From the UHGV virus genome UHGV-0072281: a stretch of 64,000 nucleotides of DNA. The stretch is one strand, 5' to 3'. Positions 55,588 to 64,000 of the stretch are shown piece after piece. Made by a program: the position numbers and the translations under genes. The DNA is from a virus. The stretch's first letter is position 1; every line of letters begins with the position of its first letter. The notes below the pieces were generated by a model that made no database searches, was not told the DNA's origin, and saw nothing but the letters and a program-made list of their open reading frames with translations.

Positions 55588-56139
55588 ATGTTTAATTTAG
55601 ACAGCGACGGCGTTTTCGCAAACTGGCGTGGTTACGTTTTGGAACACCACCTTAAAGGAATGAGTATAGAAGAATTTCACGGAATGCCAGAGTTGCATCG
55701 TCGTGCTTTGATGCGGGAAATCTATTTAAACGACCCGGATCTTTTTTATAAACTAGACCCGATACCCGAGGCCGTTAAAATCCTCGAAACAGTAGAAAGT
55801 CTGGGAGAATGCTGGGCGATTTTAACGTCAGGTTCAGAGGATCATTTCGATCACGACCGTGTTGTAGAAAGCAAAAAATTATTCTTCGAAAAACACTTCG
55901 GTGTCCCTGGCCATAAAGTCATCGTTACAACTTCCTCTGCGGAGAAAGCGTCCTACGCAGATAAGGGAAGATTGCTAGTTGACGATTATGGACGTAATTG
56001 CCGTGAGTGGGTGTTAAAGGGCGGGGCCGCAATTTATACGCGGACGAACGAACCTGAGGTCGATGCGATTTGCCGACAAATCAGGACGTTTGCAGAAAGT
56101 CCCTTAGAATACTCAGGTCAAATTTTGTGCGTGCAGTAA
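55588..56139 (+). CDS. HAD-superfamily 5'(3')-deoxyribonucleotidase-like protein
   Basis: N-terminal FNLDSDGVF (DxDGV motif I) and LLVDDYGRN (DD motif IV). Confidence 0.45.
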   Translation: MFNLDSDGVFANWRGYVLEHHLKGMSIEEFHGMPELHRRALMREIYLNDPDLFYKLDPIPEAVKILETVESLGECWAILTSGSEDHFDHDRVVESKKLFFEKHFGVPGHKVIVTTSSAEKASYADKGRLLVDDYGRNCREWVLKGGAAIYTRTNEPEVDAICRQIRTFAESPLEYSGQILCVQ

Positions 56140-56148
56140 AAACCTTTC

Positions 56149-56189
56149 GGGTAGTCTATCCAGTGGATAGACTACCCTACCTATTTTTA
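56149..56189 (+). terminator. rho-independent terminator (gggtagtctatcc agt ggatagactaccc + T-run)
   Basis: 13-bp perfect stem. Confidence 0.65.
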
Positions 56190-56282
56190 ACCCTATTGAA
56201 AAATATCTCAGATATATATTACTTAGGTGAGCGTTGTAGAATTACACGCTATTCGACTTGTTAACCTAAAGGAGTATTAAAG

Positions 56283-56672
56283 ATGAAAAACGAATTATTC
56301 AAAGACCCGTTTGTTGTATTACTGATTTCTACTCGTGCTATCATGCGTCCAGATGACCTGGAACGATTAATTACAGACGAAGCTTATCTGTGCGAGCAGC
56401 GTGACAAACTACTGAACAAAGAATGTCCAGATGAGTTAATCGAACCTTTTGTACGTATCATTCGCGATGAAGAATGGCGTAAGAAAAATCAACTGTCTGA
56501 AAACATCGCCGTATCAGTTGGATGTCTGTTTATGGTTTTTAAGTTCGACAAAGACATCTGGTACCTCTTTACTGACGAAGAACGCAAAGTCTTAATGGAC
56601 GATCTTCAACTTGCCACAAAACGTGTTAACAAATTCGTCGCTAACCGTACGCAGGTAAATCTGGAAAGATAA
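56283..56672 (+). CDS. hypothetical protein, paralog family C
   Basis: 129 aa; FKDPFVVLLISTR parallels CRDPFTLWLLCSLR in the next gene. Confidence 0.5.
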   Translation: MKNELFKDPFVVLLISTRAIMRPDDLERLITDEAYLCEQRDKLLNKECPDELIEPFVRIIRDEEWRKKNQLSENIAVSVGCLFMVFKFDKDIWYLFTDEERKVLMDDLQLATKRVNKFVANRTQVNLER

Positions 56673-56673
56673 A

Positions 56674-57063
56674 ATGAAATGGTCAAAAGAACTTATCGAG
56701 GTCTGTCGTGACCCGTTCACACTGTGGTTGCTGTGCAGCCTACGACGTGACGACAGATTCTATACTTTCGTCAAAGACCCTCAAGCGTTAGTCAATCACG
56801 TAAAACGTGAGGAGACGCGTTTAGAGACGCTTAAAGAGGAAAGTAATACCCTAGAACCAGCTGATGCGTTTTATGTCCGTATGATGTCTCCTACGTGGCG
56901 TAAAACACATCGGTTAAAGGCACCGACGTTAGCAGACATGGTACAAGAACTTGCCCGTGCGGTGAGTTCTGACCATCTGCTCTATCGGAATATCATTCAA
57001 CAACCTGACAGTTGGCACGACTTACGTCTGATGTTAATCCGCTGTCAGTTCACTTTCTCCTAA
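56674..57063 (+). CDS. hypothetical protein, paralog family C
   Basis: 129 aa, same length and N-terminal motif as upstream gene. Confidence 0.5.
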   Translation: MKWSKELIEVCRDPFTLWLLCSLRRDDRFYTFVKDPQALVNHVKREETRLETLKEESNTLEPADAFYVRMMSPTWRKTHRLKAPTLADMVQELARAVSSDHLLYRNIIQQPDSWHDLRLMLIRCQFTFS

Positions 57064-57084
57064 TCGACATGTAAGGTTTTATAA

Positions 57085-57756
57085 ATGGAAGCTATCGAAA
57101 TTAACAAATTCTGGGAACAAGTCATTGCTCAATTCCGCGATTTCTATCGCTACACAGACAGCGCCCACCGTATCGACCACATCCAGTCAGTGAAGTCTAA
57201 TGCCATCCGCATTGCTTATCTGCTGGGTGAGTCTAAGCACCTTAAAAATATCCTGGTCGCTGTTGCGGCACATGACATATTCTCAACTAAAGCCGATCGT
57301 GCTTCACATCACATCAAAGCCTTCAACTACGTTCTGGATTCTGCGCCGATTCTAAAACGTCGCTTTAAGCTTACCTGTGATGACATTACCGAGATAGCTT
57401 ACGCGGTACTAGAACATCGCAGTTCACACAAAGGCGGGTACAACTCTATTGTATCTGAAATTGTCGCGGCTGCGGACCGTGGTATCCCTTCTATCGATGA
57501 AGTGAAAAATTACATGTACCGCTCTTACTTATACGCACGTGACCATGGAAAATCCGTTACCGATTCGAAGTTCCATGCGATTCGTCACGTACAAGAAAAG
57601 TTCGGTCGTAATGGCAAATCTCGCGTTCCAGAGTGGTACGAGAAACTCTTCGCGAAAGAGATTCTGGAACGTCAAGAGTACGTAGAGATGCTCGGCCTCG
57701 AGCACTTTACTTTTGAAATCACCAACGACTTAGAAAGTCGTATCCAAAACCAGTAA
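57085..57756 (+). CDS. HD-domain phosphohydrolase (putative)
   Basis: HRIDH ... VAVAAHDIF consistent with the H...HD metal-binding motif. Confidence 0.45.
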   Translation: MEAIEINKFWEQVIAQFRDFYRYTDSAHRIDHIQSVKSNAIRIAYLLGESKHLKNILVAVAAHDIFSTKADRASHHIKAFNYVLDSAPILKRRFKLTCDDITEIAYAVLEHRSSHKGGYNSIVSEIVAAADRGIPSIDEVKNYMYRSYLYARDHGKSVTDSKFHAIRHVQEKFGRNGKSRVPEWYEKLFAKEILERQEYVEMLGLEHFTFEITNDLESRIQNQ

Positions 57757-57777
57757 TAACTTGAAGGAATAAAACCA

Positions 57778-58260
57778 ATGGCTAAAGTAACTTCTATCAA
57801 AGACCTGGCTGCAATGATTGATGCACTGGAAACTCCAGCAATGACCATGAACGACGACCTGGTGGTCAACGCTGACCCTATGGTAAAAATTTATGAAGAA
57901 ACGCTGCCGGTTATCAAAGTTAACGATACTGACTATCGCTTAACGCTGAAAGACGCCGACGCGGTTCGTCAACACGATGCTAACTTCCTGGAAGTGTACG
58001 GGAAAGTCGCTTCTGGTCTGATTGTGGAAAAAGCGAAAGCCGATGCTGAGATGGCCGCGATGAACATCACCACCGAAATCGGTAACGCATCGTTCTCCAC
58101 GGTGTTCTCTCGCCCGACCGGGGACACCATCAGCCAGAAAGAATGGGCTGCATCCATCGGTTTCGGTTACGGTGTGCCGAAGTCTAAAGCACTGGAAGGC
58201 AAGCTTCGTAAGCAATTCGCTGCGGACATGATGGCTTCCGATGACGAAGACGACGAATAA
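57778..58260 (+). CDS. hypothetical protein with acidic C-terminal tail (SDDEDDE)
   Basis: 160-aa ORF with GGAAT RBS region. Confidence 0.5.
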   Translation: MAKVTSIKDLAAMIDALETPAMTMNDDLVVNADPMVKIYEETLPVIKVNDTDYRLTLKDADAVRQHDANFLEVYGKVASGLIVEKAKADAEMAAMNITTEIGNASFSTVFSRPTGDTISQKEWAASIGFGYGVPKSKALEGKLRKQFAADMMASDDEDDE

Positions 58261-58416
58261 GGTTGCGATACTCGGAGGGAAGGTAAAACATACCTATATC
58301 CCTCCTACACCGATTAACCCTACGGCCTGGCAGAATCCGCTCTCCAGAACGTTAGGGTTACCTAAACCGATTGACGGTTTGGTGTATCTGTCGCATCGAC
58401 GGAGAAAATAAAAGTT

Positions 58417-58448
58417 AAGGCGGTTTTATGACCGCCTTATTTTTTTTG
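58417..58448 (+). terminator. rho-independent terminator (aaggcggt tttatg accgcctt + TTTTTTTT)
   Basis: 8-bp stem with U-tract. Confidence 0.65.
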
Positions 58449-58465
58449 ATCTCGGGAGATATAAA

Positions 58466-59026
58466 ATGTCAAACCCTAACCTTTTTGGTGGGCCTGTTAC
58501 GCCAGGACATCAGATTGTCGACGATGTAAAACCGTTACCTAACGTCATGACGCGTACTGAGGTTATTAATCGCCTAAACCAAATCGGTGAAGTCTTTACG
58601 TTGTCAATGAAATCTGTGTTGGAAGATGCGTTCCCACACATTGCAGGCTGGCCTGCTGAAACCATCCCCCACACCATCAACGGATATCAACGTTTCCTAA
58701 CTGAAATCAGATCAACGGCTTCAGGTAACGTTATCGCCGGTTTTGTTATTCGTTTCAAACAGTTACTGTTAATTGAATTCGGTAAAGATGTTATCGATTC
58801 CCTTGAACGTGAACTGGTTTCGTTACACGACAACGAAATCGTACGTAACGAAAAAGGTGAGGGTTCCAACGAATTAACGCTGTGGAAACTCGCTTATCCT
58901 GACGATATCACCAACAGCCCACCGACCACTTACGATTTAATTTCAACCTTCCTGTTGTTGATGCAAATGAAAAACTTAATCATCCGTGCATCCGCATCGA
59001 AAGTCCTAGGAACGGAAGAAAAATAA
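58466..59026 (+). CDS. hypothetical protein
   Basis: 186-aa ORF. Confidence 0.5.
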   Translation: MSNPNLFGGPVTPGHQIVDDVKPLPNVMTRTEVINRLNQIGEVFTLSMKSVLEDAFPHIAGWPAETIPHTINGYQRFLTEIRSTASGNVIAGFVIRFKQLLLIEFGKDVIDSLERELVSLHDNEIVRNEKGEGSNELTLWKLAYPDDITNSPPTTYDLISTFLLLMQMKNLIIRASASKVLGTEEK

Positions 59027-59032
59027 AAAAGT

Positions 59033-59074
59033 ACCTACCTCCTTTACGGAGGTAGGTAAACTTATTTTTTTCTT
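59033..59074. terminator. bidirectional terminator (acctacctcc tttac ggaggtaggt + T-run), repeat copy 2
   Basis: about 45-bp near-identical copy of the 35318 element. Confidence 0.65.
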
Positions 59075-59948
59075 AACGAAGCTGATTGGCCATCTGCTCG
59101 TCGGACACAGAACGATAACCGCCAGCCGTAGCATCGACGTCTGGGTTGATACCGTCGGTCTGTTGAGACGGAGTGAGCCACAGTTTGCGCTCGTAAGGAC
59201 GCAGACCGTACAGTTTCATACGTTCCAGTTCCTTCTGCGCTGCCTGCATCGGGCCCCAACCTGTCCATTGCTGGGAGGTAAAGGTGATGGACAGTTCGTT
59301 AGTTTGCGGACCGGTGTTCGGGTCACGTTCACCGATATCCTGACCGTTAGACTCAGGAGCCATGTTGGTCAGCCACCATGCGTTCTGCGGTTTACGTTGA
59401 TACGCATCCGGTTCGAAGTACAGCACAGTCATGCTGTACATATCCGGCAGGTGGTCAGGAACGTTCGGGTTGATTGCCGCCAGACCAGGGTGGCCTGTGT
59501 GCGGGTCACAAACACCGTATACCAGCCACGCCCAGAGCATGTTCTGATACACTTTACCCAACTTATCCGGGGTAGTGTGCGTAACAGAAGACAGAGCTTC
59601 CGTTACCAGACCAGCTTCATACTGGACGCGGTTGTTACGACCCTGTTGGGTCTGCACGTACTCAGCACTCAGGGATTTATCCAAACCGGTAATCGTGGTG
59701 TGAACCTCGATAAACGATTTGATTGCCTGACGCCACAGTTGTGGGTTCGGCATGTAATCAACCCAGCGAGGGAATTCCATCACGCGGGCGATTACGTTAC
59801 GACGCAGACGGTGGGCGTTGGTAACAAACTTACCAACCTGCCCGACCGGACCGTTTTGACCCGAGCTGAACGGGTTGACCATGTCGTACTGACCACCGTC
59901 AACATGCAAGCCCTGGTCAGGTAAAATCATGCGTTCTTTGATGGACAT
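59073..59948 (-). CDS. virion structural protein (candidate tail tube; speculative)
   Basis: 291-aa ORF immediately downstream of the 685-aa gene on the same strand. Confidence 0.45.
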   Translation of the reverse strand: MSIKERMILPDQGLHVDGGQYDMVNPFSSGQNGPVGQVGKFVTNAHRLRRNVIARVMEFPRWVDYMPNPQLWRQAIKSFIEVHTTITGLDKSLSAEYVQTQQGRNNRVQYEAGLVTEALSSVTHTTPDKLGKVYQNMLWAWLVYGVCDPHTGHPGLAAINPNVPDHLPDMYSMTVLYFEPDAYQRKPQNAWWLTNMAPESNGQDIGERDPNTGPQTNELSITFTSQQWTGWGPMQAAQKELERMKLYGLRPYERKLWLTPSQQTDGINPDVDATAGGYRSVSDEQMANQLR

Positions 59949-59951
59949 CTA

Positions 59952-62009
59952 TTAGCTCTCCGTACTGTCGCGACGATAAACTTTGATCGTCGTGTTGAAC
60001 TGCGTCAACAGTACACCGCCTTCAGCTTTAATGTCCAGCGTGATGGAATAGCCGTTAGCTTTGTCATCCGCTGTCATGTACGCACTCGGAGTAATGTTGG
60101 CAATACTATCCAGGCGACCTTCCAAACGCTCGGTGATTTTGTTCTCAATCATTTTCGCGCGTTCGTCGTCCGTCATACGGCTCTCACCGGACATATCTGC
60201 CCAAACTTGATCACTGACACGATAAACGTAGGTCATGATGAAGTTAAACAGTGCGTTATTCAGCACTGAACGTTCTTCGCTATAGATGGACTGAAGTGCT
60301 GGGATGAACAAACGATAGTAGTCGCGGGAACGTGCAGTAACCAGAGACACATCCCAGTCGGATGCGTAAATCTCGTTACCTTTCCACGGCATACTCAGAT
60401 CGTACAGATCTTCGATAATCGTCTCTTCACCACGGCTGAAGCGATAAGCAGGTTTAGCGCGACCTTCACCGGAACCCAAATACTTCGAGAAGAAGTTCGC
60501 GATGCTGTAACACATCGGAACCGGTTTCTTGTAAGAGGAGTTACGGATGTAGGCGTCCTGACCACAAATCATCCCACGGCACGCTGGGGTACCGTAATAA
60601 GACGATTCAGGTACAGACGTGATCATTTCGATCAGCGCTGTTTTCACGTTCTCTTCCGTTTGCAGATCGTTACGACCTTGATTGTAAACGTGGGTGCAAA
60701 GAGTCAGGAACGTGTTACGAGAACGACCGATGAAGTTCGTCAGGGCTTTCTTGGTATCCATGCTGAAGCCGGAGTCCCAGAAGCAACCCAGAGAGTATTT
60801 CAGTTCGTTATCGTAGCGGACTTTACCGCCGTCCGGGAACAGAGACATTTCACGGCGAACCAGTTCGTCGTAAACATCGTTGTTCATGGTCCCGTTACTA
60901 CCGCCTTGCAGGTAGTGGATATTCGAAGCAGAGAAAACAATTTTACCTACTTCTTCAGACGGGTTAACTTGTAAACCGTCGTAGAGCTGACCGGTTAAGT
61001 CAACGCCACCGAAAATATCGACCATATACGGATCGGTAATTGCCGGTTTTGCGTTTTGAATCTTAGATTGGGCCAGTTTCAGCACCGTTTCCAGGTTTTC
61101 ACGGTAGATGTAAAACTCTTCGAACGGGCCGTAATCCGGCAGACCACCGATATCCGGCATCGTCTGACGATACGCATCTGGAACGACGACTTCGAAGTCC
61201 AGCTGGGTGCTCATCGGCTGATAGTATGCATCGGGCTTGAAGCTAACATTGATGCTGCTAAGACCTTTGAGGGTCTTCCAAATCACCGGTGATGTTACCC
61301 CTGCTAAGGTCTCGAACCATTGCAGTGCGTACATACGTCCGCCTACATTCGTCTGATAAGCAGACGCAATAGACGGGCTGGATTTTTCGTTCAGCGGAAC
61401 CAGTTTGAAACCAAATCCGTTGACATCAGAACCCGCGTACGGACCTTTGATATCAAAAATCGGATAGAGTTTTGATTTCGCCTGAGTCTCGGTATCAGTC
61501 ATCGTACCTTCGGTGACGGTGCCCGCTTTTACGTTGCTGACATCATCGATGACGGACAGACGGAAGACGATTTTCAGACCGTCTACCTGTTCTCTGACTT
61601 TCGGCTTACCGCTTACGTCGTACTGAATCACGCCGTTCTCACGCTCATAAGCGGGAACTTTCGTTTCCAGTACGTCAGCAACCAGACGGATAGCTGCGGT
61701 TTTCGCATCATCCGGTACCAGGCGCTGATACATGCAATCGTTACCGTTAGCGTTGAACATCGCCTGGAAAGGTGTGTTAAACGTCGCGTAATCGCCACGC
61801 AGGTCGAACAGATCGCGACCAAGCAGAGACAATGCATTATCCCCGGATAACGGGAACGCCTCGTCGTCTACCCCGCGTGAAGCAAAGGTGAAGATCAGCG
61901 GCTTATGAATCGGATCACCCGTGGGGGTCCGAACAAGCTCAGGGACAGAATTGTCCTGCCACCCCTGCTTGTTATTCAACGGCGCGCCGTTTCGTGGAAT
62001 AAAACTCAT
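59952..62009 (-). CDS. virion structural protein (candidate tail sheath or major capsid; speculative)
   Basis: 685-aa ORF; size and pairing with a 291-aa downstream gene resemble a sheath-tube pair. Confidence 0.5.
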   Translation of the reverse strand: MSFIPRNGAPLNNKQGWQDNSVPELVRTPTGDPIHKPLIFTFASRGVDDEAFPLSGDNALSLLGRDLFDLRGDYATFNTPFQAMFNANGNDCMYQRLVPDDAKTAAIRLVADVLETKVPAYERENGVIQYDVSGKPKVREQVDGLKIVFRLSVIDDVSNVKAGTVTEGTMTDTETQAKSKLYPIFDIKGPYAGSDVNGFGFKLVPLNEKSSPSIASAYQTNVGGRMYALQWFETLAGVTSPVIWKTLKGLSSINVSFKPDAYYQPMSTQLDFEVVVPDAYRQTMPDIGGLPDYGPFEEFYIYRENLETVLKLAQSKIQNAKPAITDPYMVDIFGGVDLTGQLYDGLQVNPSEEVGKIVFSASNIHYLQGGSNGTMNNDVYDELVRREMSLFPDGGKVRYDNELKYSLGCFWDSGFSMDTKKALTNFIGRSRNTFLTLCTHVYNQGRNDLQTEENVKTALIEMITSVPESSYYGTPACRGMICGQDAYIRNSSYKKPVPMCYSIANFFSKYLGSGEGRAKPAYRFSRGEETIIEDLYDLSMPWKGNEIYASDWDVSLVTARSRDYYRLFIPALQSIYSEERSVLNNALFNFIMTYVYRVSDQVWADMSGESRMTDDERAKMIENKITERLEGRLDSIANITPSAYMTADDKANGYSITLDIKAEGGVLLTQFNTTIKVYRRDSTES

Positions 62010-62071
62010 GGAACGTCTCCATATTCAGTCTTTAAGACCTTGAAAAAGGGTCATACTAAGGTATCATACTC

Positions 62072-62977
62072 ATGGCACTCAAAAACGCTTACAACGGCAC
62101 TCCCTTTAATACCATAGACCTTACCCGCTTACACGCGGACTTGGAATTGGCTCGTAAGGTTAACCAAACTGTTGCTCAGTCTGAAGAAGTCCATTACGTT
62201 ATCGAAACAGCCGATGTAAAACCGTTCCCGTTACCTATCGTCATTGGTGATGACGTGTACGTTGACGCACGAACTTTTACGACGCTCGATAAAAACGGCG
62301 AGTTAAAAATTCGTAACCCCATTGAGCACCAATTACGTCTAGACGAAGCACGTTGGGAATTAGTGTGGAAACGGAACAATGATAAGCTCGGTGCGTTGAT
62401 GGCCCGAATGTCTTATCACCATGAGATCTTCAGCAGGTGGATTAGCGATGCGATTGAACACACCTATGCACTTGCTCCATATCAAAGCGGTCAAGTCAAG
62501 GCACTCGCAGCGCTGTTTTCCGTAGGACAGTTCTATAACAACTTCGAAGATGAAGTAAAAATGCTGCGTATGCAGCAGCAGTTGGAACGTGAACTGCGAC
62601 TCTCGCCACAGTTTTTCGAAACCGTCACCGGTAATACCGAGTTTCTGTTCCCGCGTAATATCGGTGAATTCGTTGAGATGGTTAAAGCAGCGGGTATCCC
62701 GCGTCTTAATGAACTGAGCGTGGTTAGCTTGCAGTCAATGCTGGCGACCAGCTTAGGCAGCTACATCAGCTACGACCGCCAGTTGGTGACCAGCGCCATC
62801 GAATATCCGCCATCGCTGTTTGTGATTGTCCGCACCTGTTTAGAAAACTCGGTGTTCAACCGTTCACGTTTGGGTGGGCTGATTAAGAAATGTGACGTGG
62901 CAAAACGTAAAGATGCGTTTACTATCGCTTACGATACATTACTGAACCAGAATACCAAACCCTTAAATATCCAGTAA
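62072..62977 (+). CDS. hypothetical protein
   Basis: 301-aa ORF divergent from the structural gene. Confidence 0.5.
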   Translation: MALKNAYNGTPFNTIDLTRLHADLELARKVNQTVAQSEEVHYVIETADVKPFPLPIVIGDDVYVDARTFTTLDKNGELKIRNPIEHQLRLDEARWELVWKRNNDKLGALMARMSYHHEIFSRWISDAIEHTYALAPYQSGQVKALAALFSVGQFYNNFEDEVKMLRMQQQLERELRLSPQFFETVTGNTEFLFPRNIGEFVEMVKAAGIPRLNELSVVSLQSMLATSLGSYISYDRQLVTSAIEYPPSLFVIVRTCLENSVFNRSRLGGLIKKCDVAKRKDAFTIAYDTLLNQNTKPLNIQ

Positions 62978-62987
62978 GAGGTCCACT

Positions 62988-64000
62988 ATGGAGAACTGGC
63001 TGGTCGCCCACGCCATCCAAAAAGCGTGGCAGCGTCCATATCTCGACGGGGTGTTGAACATTGCACCCTTCCGTCTTTCACCCAAGACCGGGGCGATCGG
63101 CTTTTTCAAACACGGTCGGACACCGGTAGCGCTACCGAAAGAAAATACCTGGTGGCACGCATTCGCTATTGATAAACTTCACGTAAACTGGGGGAACTTA
63201 GCCATTCCCCTAAACCGCTGGAAGAAACTTTCAACGTGTGTGAACGGCTTCAGTACCTGGATGCTGGTCTACAACGAGAACGGAGTTTCGATCCCCTCTG
63301 AGTATGTCTACTTTTACCGCACCAGCACTGGGATGGTTTACATGGCTATCCCACAATCCGATCGCTATAGCTGGTTAGAAGAAGACATCTGCTACCTGCG
63401 AATTTATCCGGGTTACAGTGGGGGTGAAAACGCGCCGTACATTAACCCAACCACCGTTGAGTATTTCTCACCGCCCAACCGCGAACAGGTTCAGAGAGTC
63501 GTCGATCGGTATAACCTACTTAAGCAACAGAATAAAGGTTACGTTGAGTTCTGGTTAAACGGTGAATTAATCGACTCACCGAAAACGCAAGACATTAAAG
63601 TCTGGGACGATATCGACATTCGTGTTGATGGACGTGTACGCCGCATCGTTGAATTCCGTTGTGGTGACTTACCGACGTTTATGTCTACGCTCGACAGCAA
63701 GCGTAAGTATTTGCTCCACATTCCGAAAAAAGACGGGATTTGGATTTTCAACAACGACGCCGAAATTCAGCTGTTCTGGAAAGGTCGCGGTCGTTATTAC
63801 CATCGTCATCGACACCAAGCGATGCGTCAGCTAACGTGGAACGATTTGGCTATCCCGACTGAACGTATTGCAAAATACCGTAATGTCTTTAACGAGTCTA
63901 TCACCGACTTAGATGAACTGGTCATTCGTCTTATTATCCGTGACGACTATCTCGACATTACGCCGCTGTATAACTCGTCCCACGTCCACGATTTGTATCG
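62988..64000 (+). CDS. hypothetical protein, 3'-truncated by window end
   Basis: hand-translated open frame from ATG 62988 (AAGAGG RBS) to the window edge, no stop. Confidence 0.45.
   Translation, partial: MENWLVAHAIQKAWQRPYLDGVLNIAPFRLSPKTGAIGFFKHGRTPVALPKENTWWHAFAIDKLHVNWGNLAIPLNRWKKLSTCVNGFSTWMLVYNENGVSIPSEYVYFYRTSTGMVYMAIPQSDRYSWLEEDICYLRIYPGYSGGENAPYINPTTVEYFSPPNREQVQRVVDRYNLLKQQNKGYVEFWLNGELIDSPKTQDIKVWDDIDIRVDGRVRRIVEFRCGDLPTFMSTLDSKRKYLLHIPKKDGIWIFNNDAEIQLFWKGRGRYYHRHRHQAMRQLTWNDLAIPTERIAKYRNVFNESITDLDELVIRLIIRDDYLDITPLYNSSHVHDLY

Noticed and set aside
57778-58260. SSB-like assignment for the protein with acidic SDDEDDE tail
   Set aside because: An acidic C-terminus alone is not diagnostic; no OB-fold signature was recognisable by eye, so it is left as hypothetical.
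59163-59924. 253-aa + strand ORF antisense to the 291-aa minus-strand structural gene
   Set aside because: Arg/Val-rich low-complexity translation; fully contained within the better-supported opposite-strand gene in a terminator-bounded minus block.
1-64000. CRISPR array, integrase, transposase or prophage boundary
   Set aside because: No regularly spaced direct repeats, no tyrosine or serine recombinase motifs and no host-like flanking genes were seen; the window appears entirely phage-internal.

Overview
This 64-kb window reads as a densely coded stretch of a large virulent dsDNA phage genome, most likely a phiKZ-like (Chimalliviridae-type) jumbo phage of an enterobacterial host; that placement is an inference from gene content, not a database result. 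All calls are from reading the ORF translations and DNA by eye, with no searches run. About 75 protein-coding genes are predicted, mostly on the + strand in translationally coupled operons (many 4-nt ATGA overlaps), with three minus-strand blocks (10331-12331, 20598-21353, 35369-45338 and 59073-62009) bounded by hairpin terminators. Recognisable products: a Rad50/SbcC-like ATPase with a CPQC zinc hook, a GNAT acetyltransferase, a TARG1/DarG-type macrodomain protein, a secreted lytic transglycosylase, a DEDDh exonuclease, an RNase HI domain fused to an unknown 300-aa domain, a UvsX/RecA-like recombinase, a thymidylate synthase with two insertions, a small sigma-70 region-4-like HTH protein, MazG-like, HAD-nucleotidase-like and HD-domain enzymes, a 2377-aa virion-type protein with a transglycosylase domain, and next to it a split multisubunit-RNAP beta-prime N-terminal subunit. 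Most other genes are hypothetical, several in tandem paralogous families. No tRNA, rRNA, CRISPR array, integrase or transposase was seen. The most promising unexplained candidates are the macrodomain/GNAT cluster (possible anti-ADP-ribosylation counter-defence), the trio of tiny basic KGP-motif proteins, the paralog pair with a conserved C-terminal HIRRAHW motif, and recurring intergenic motifs that may be phage-specific promoters.
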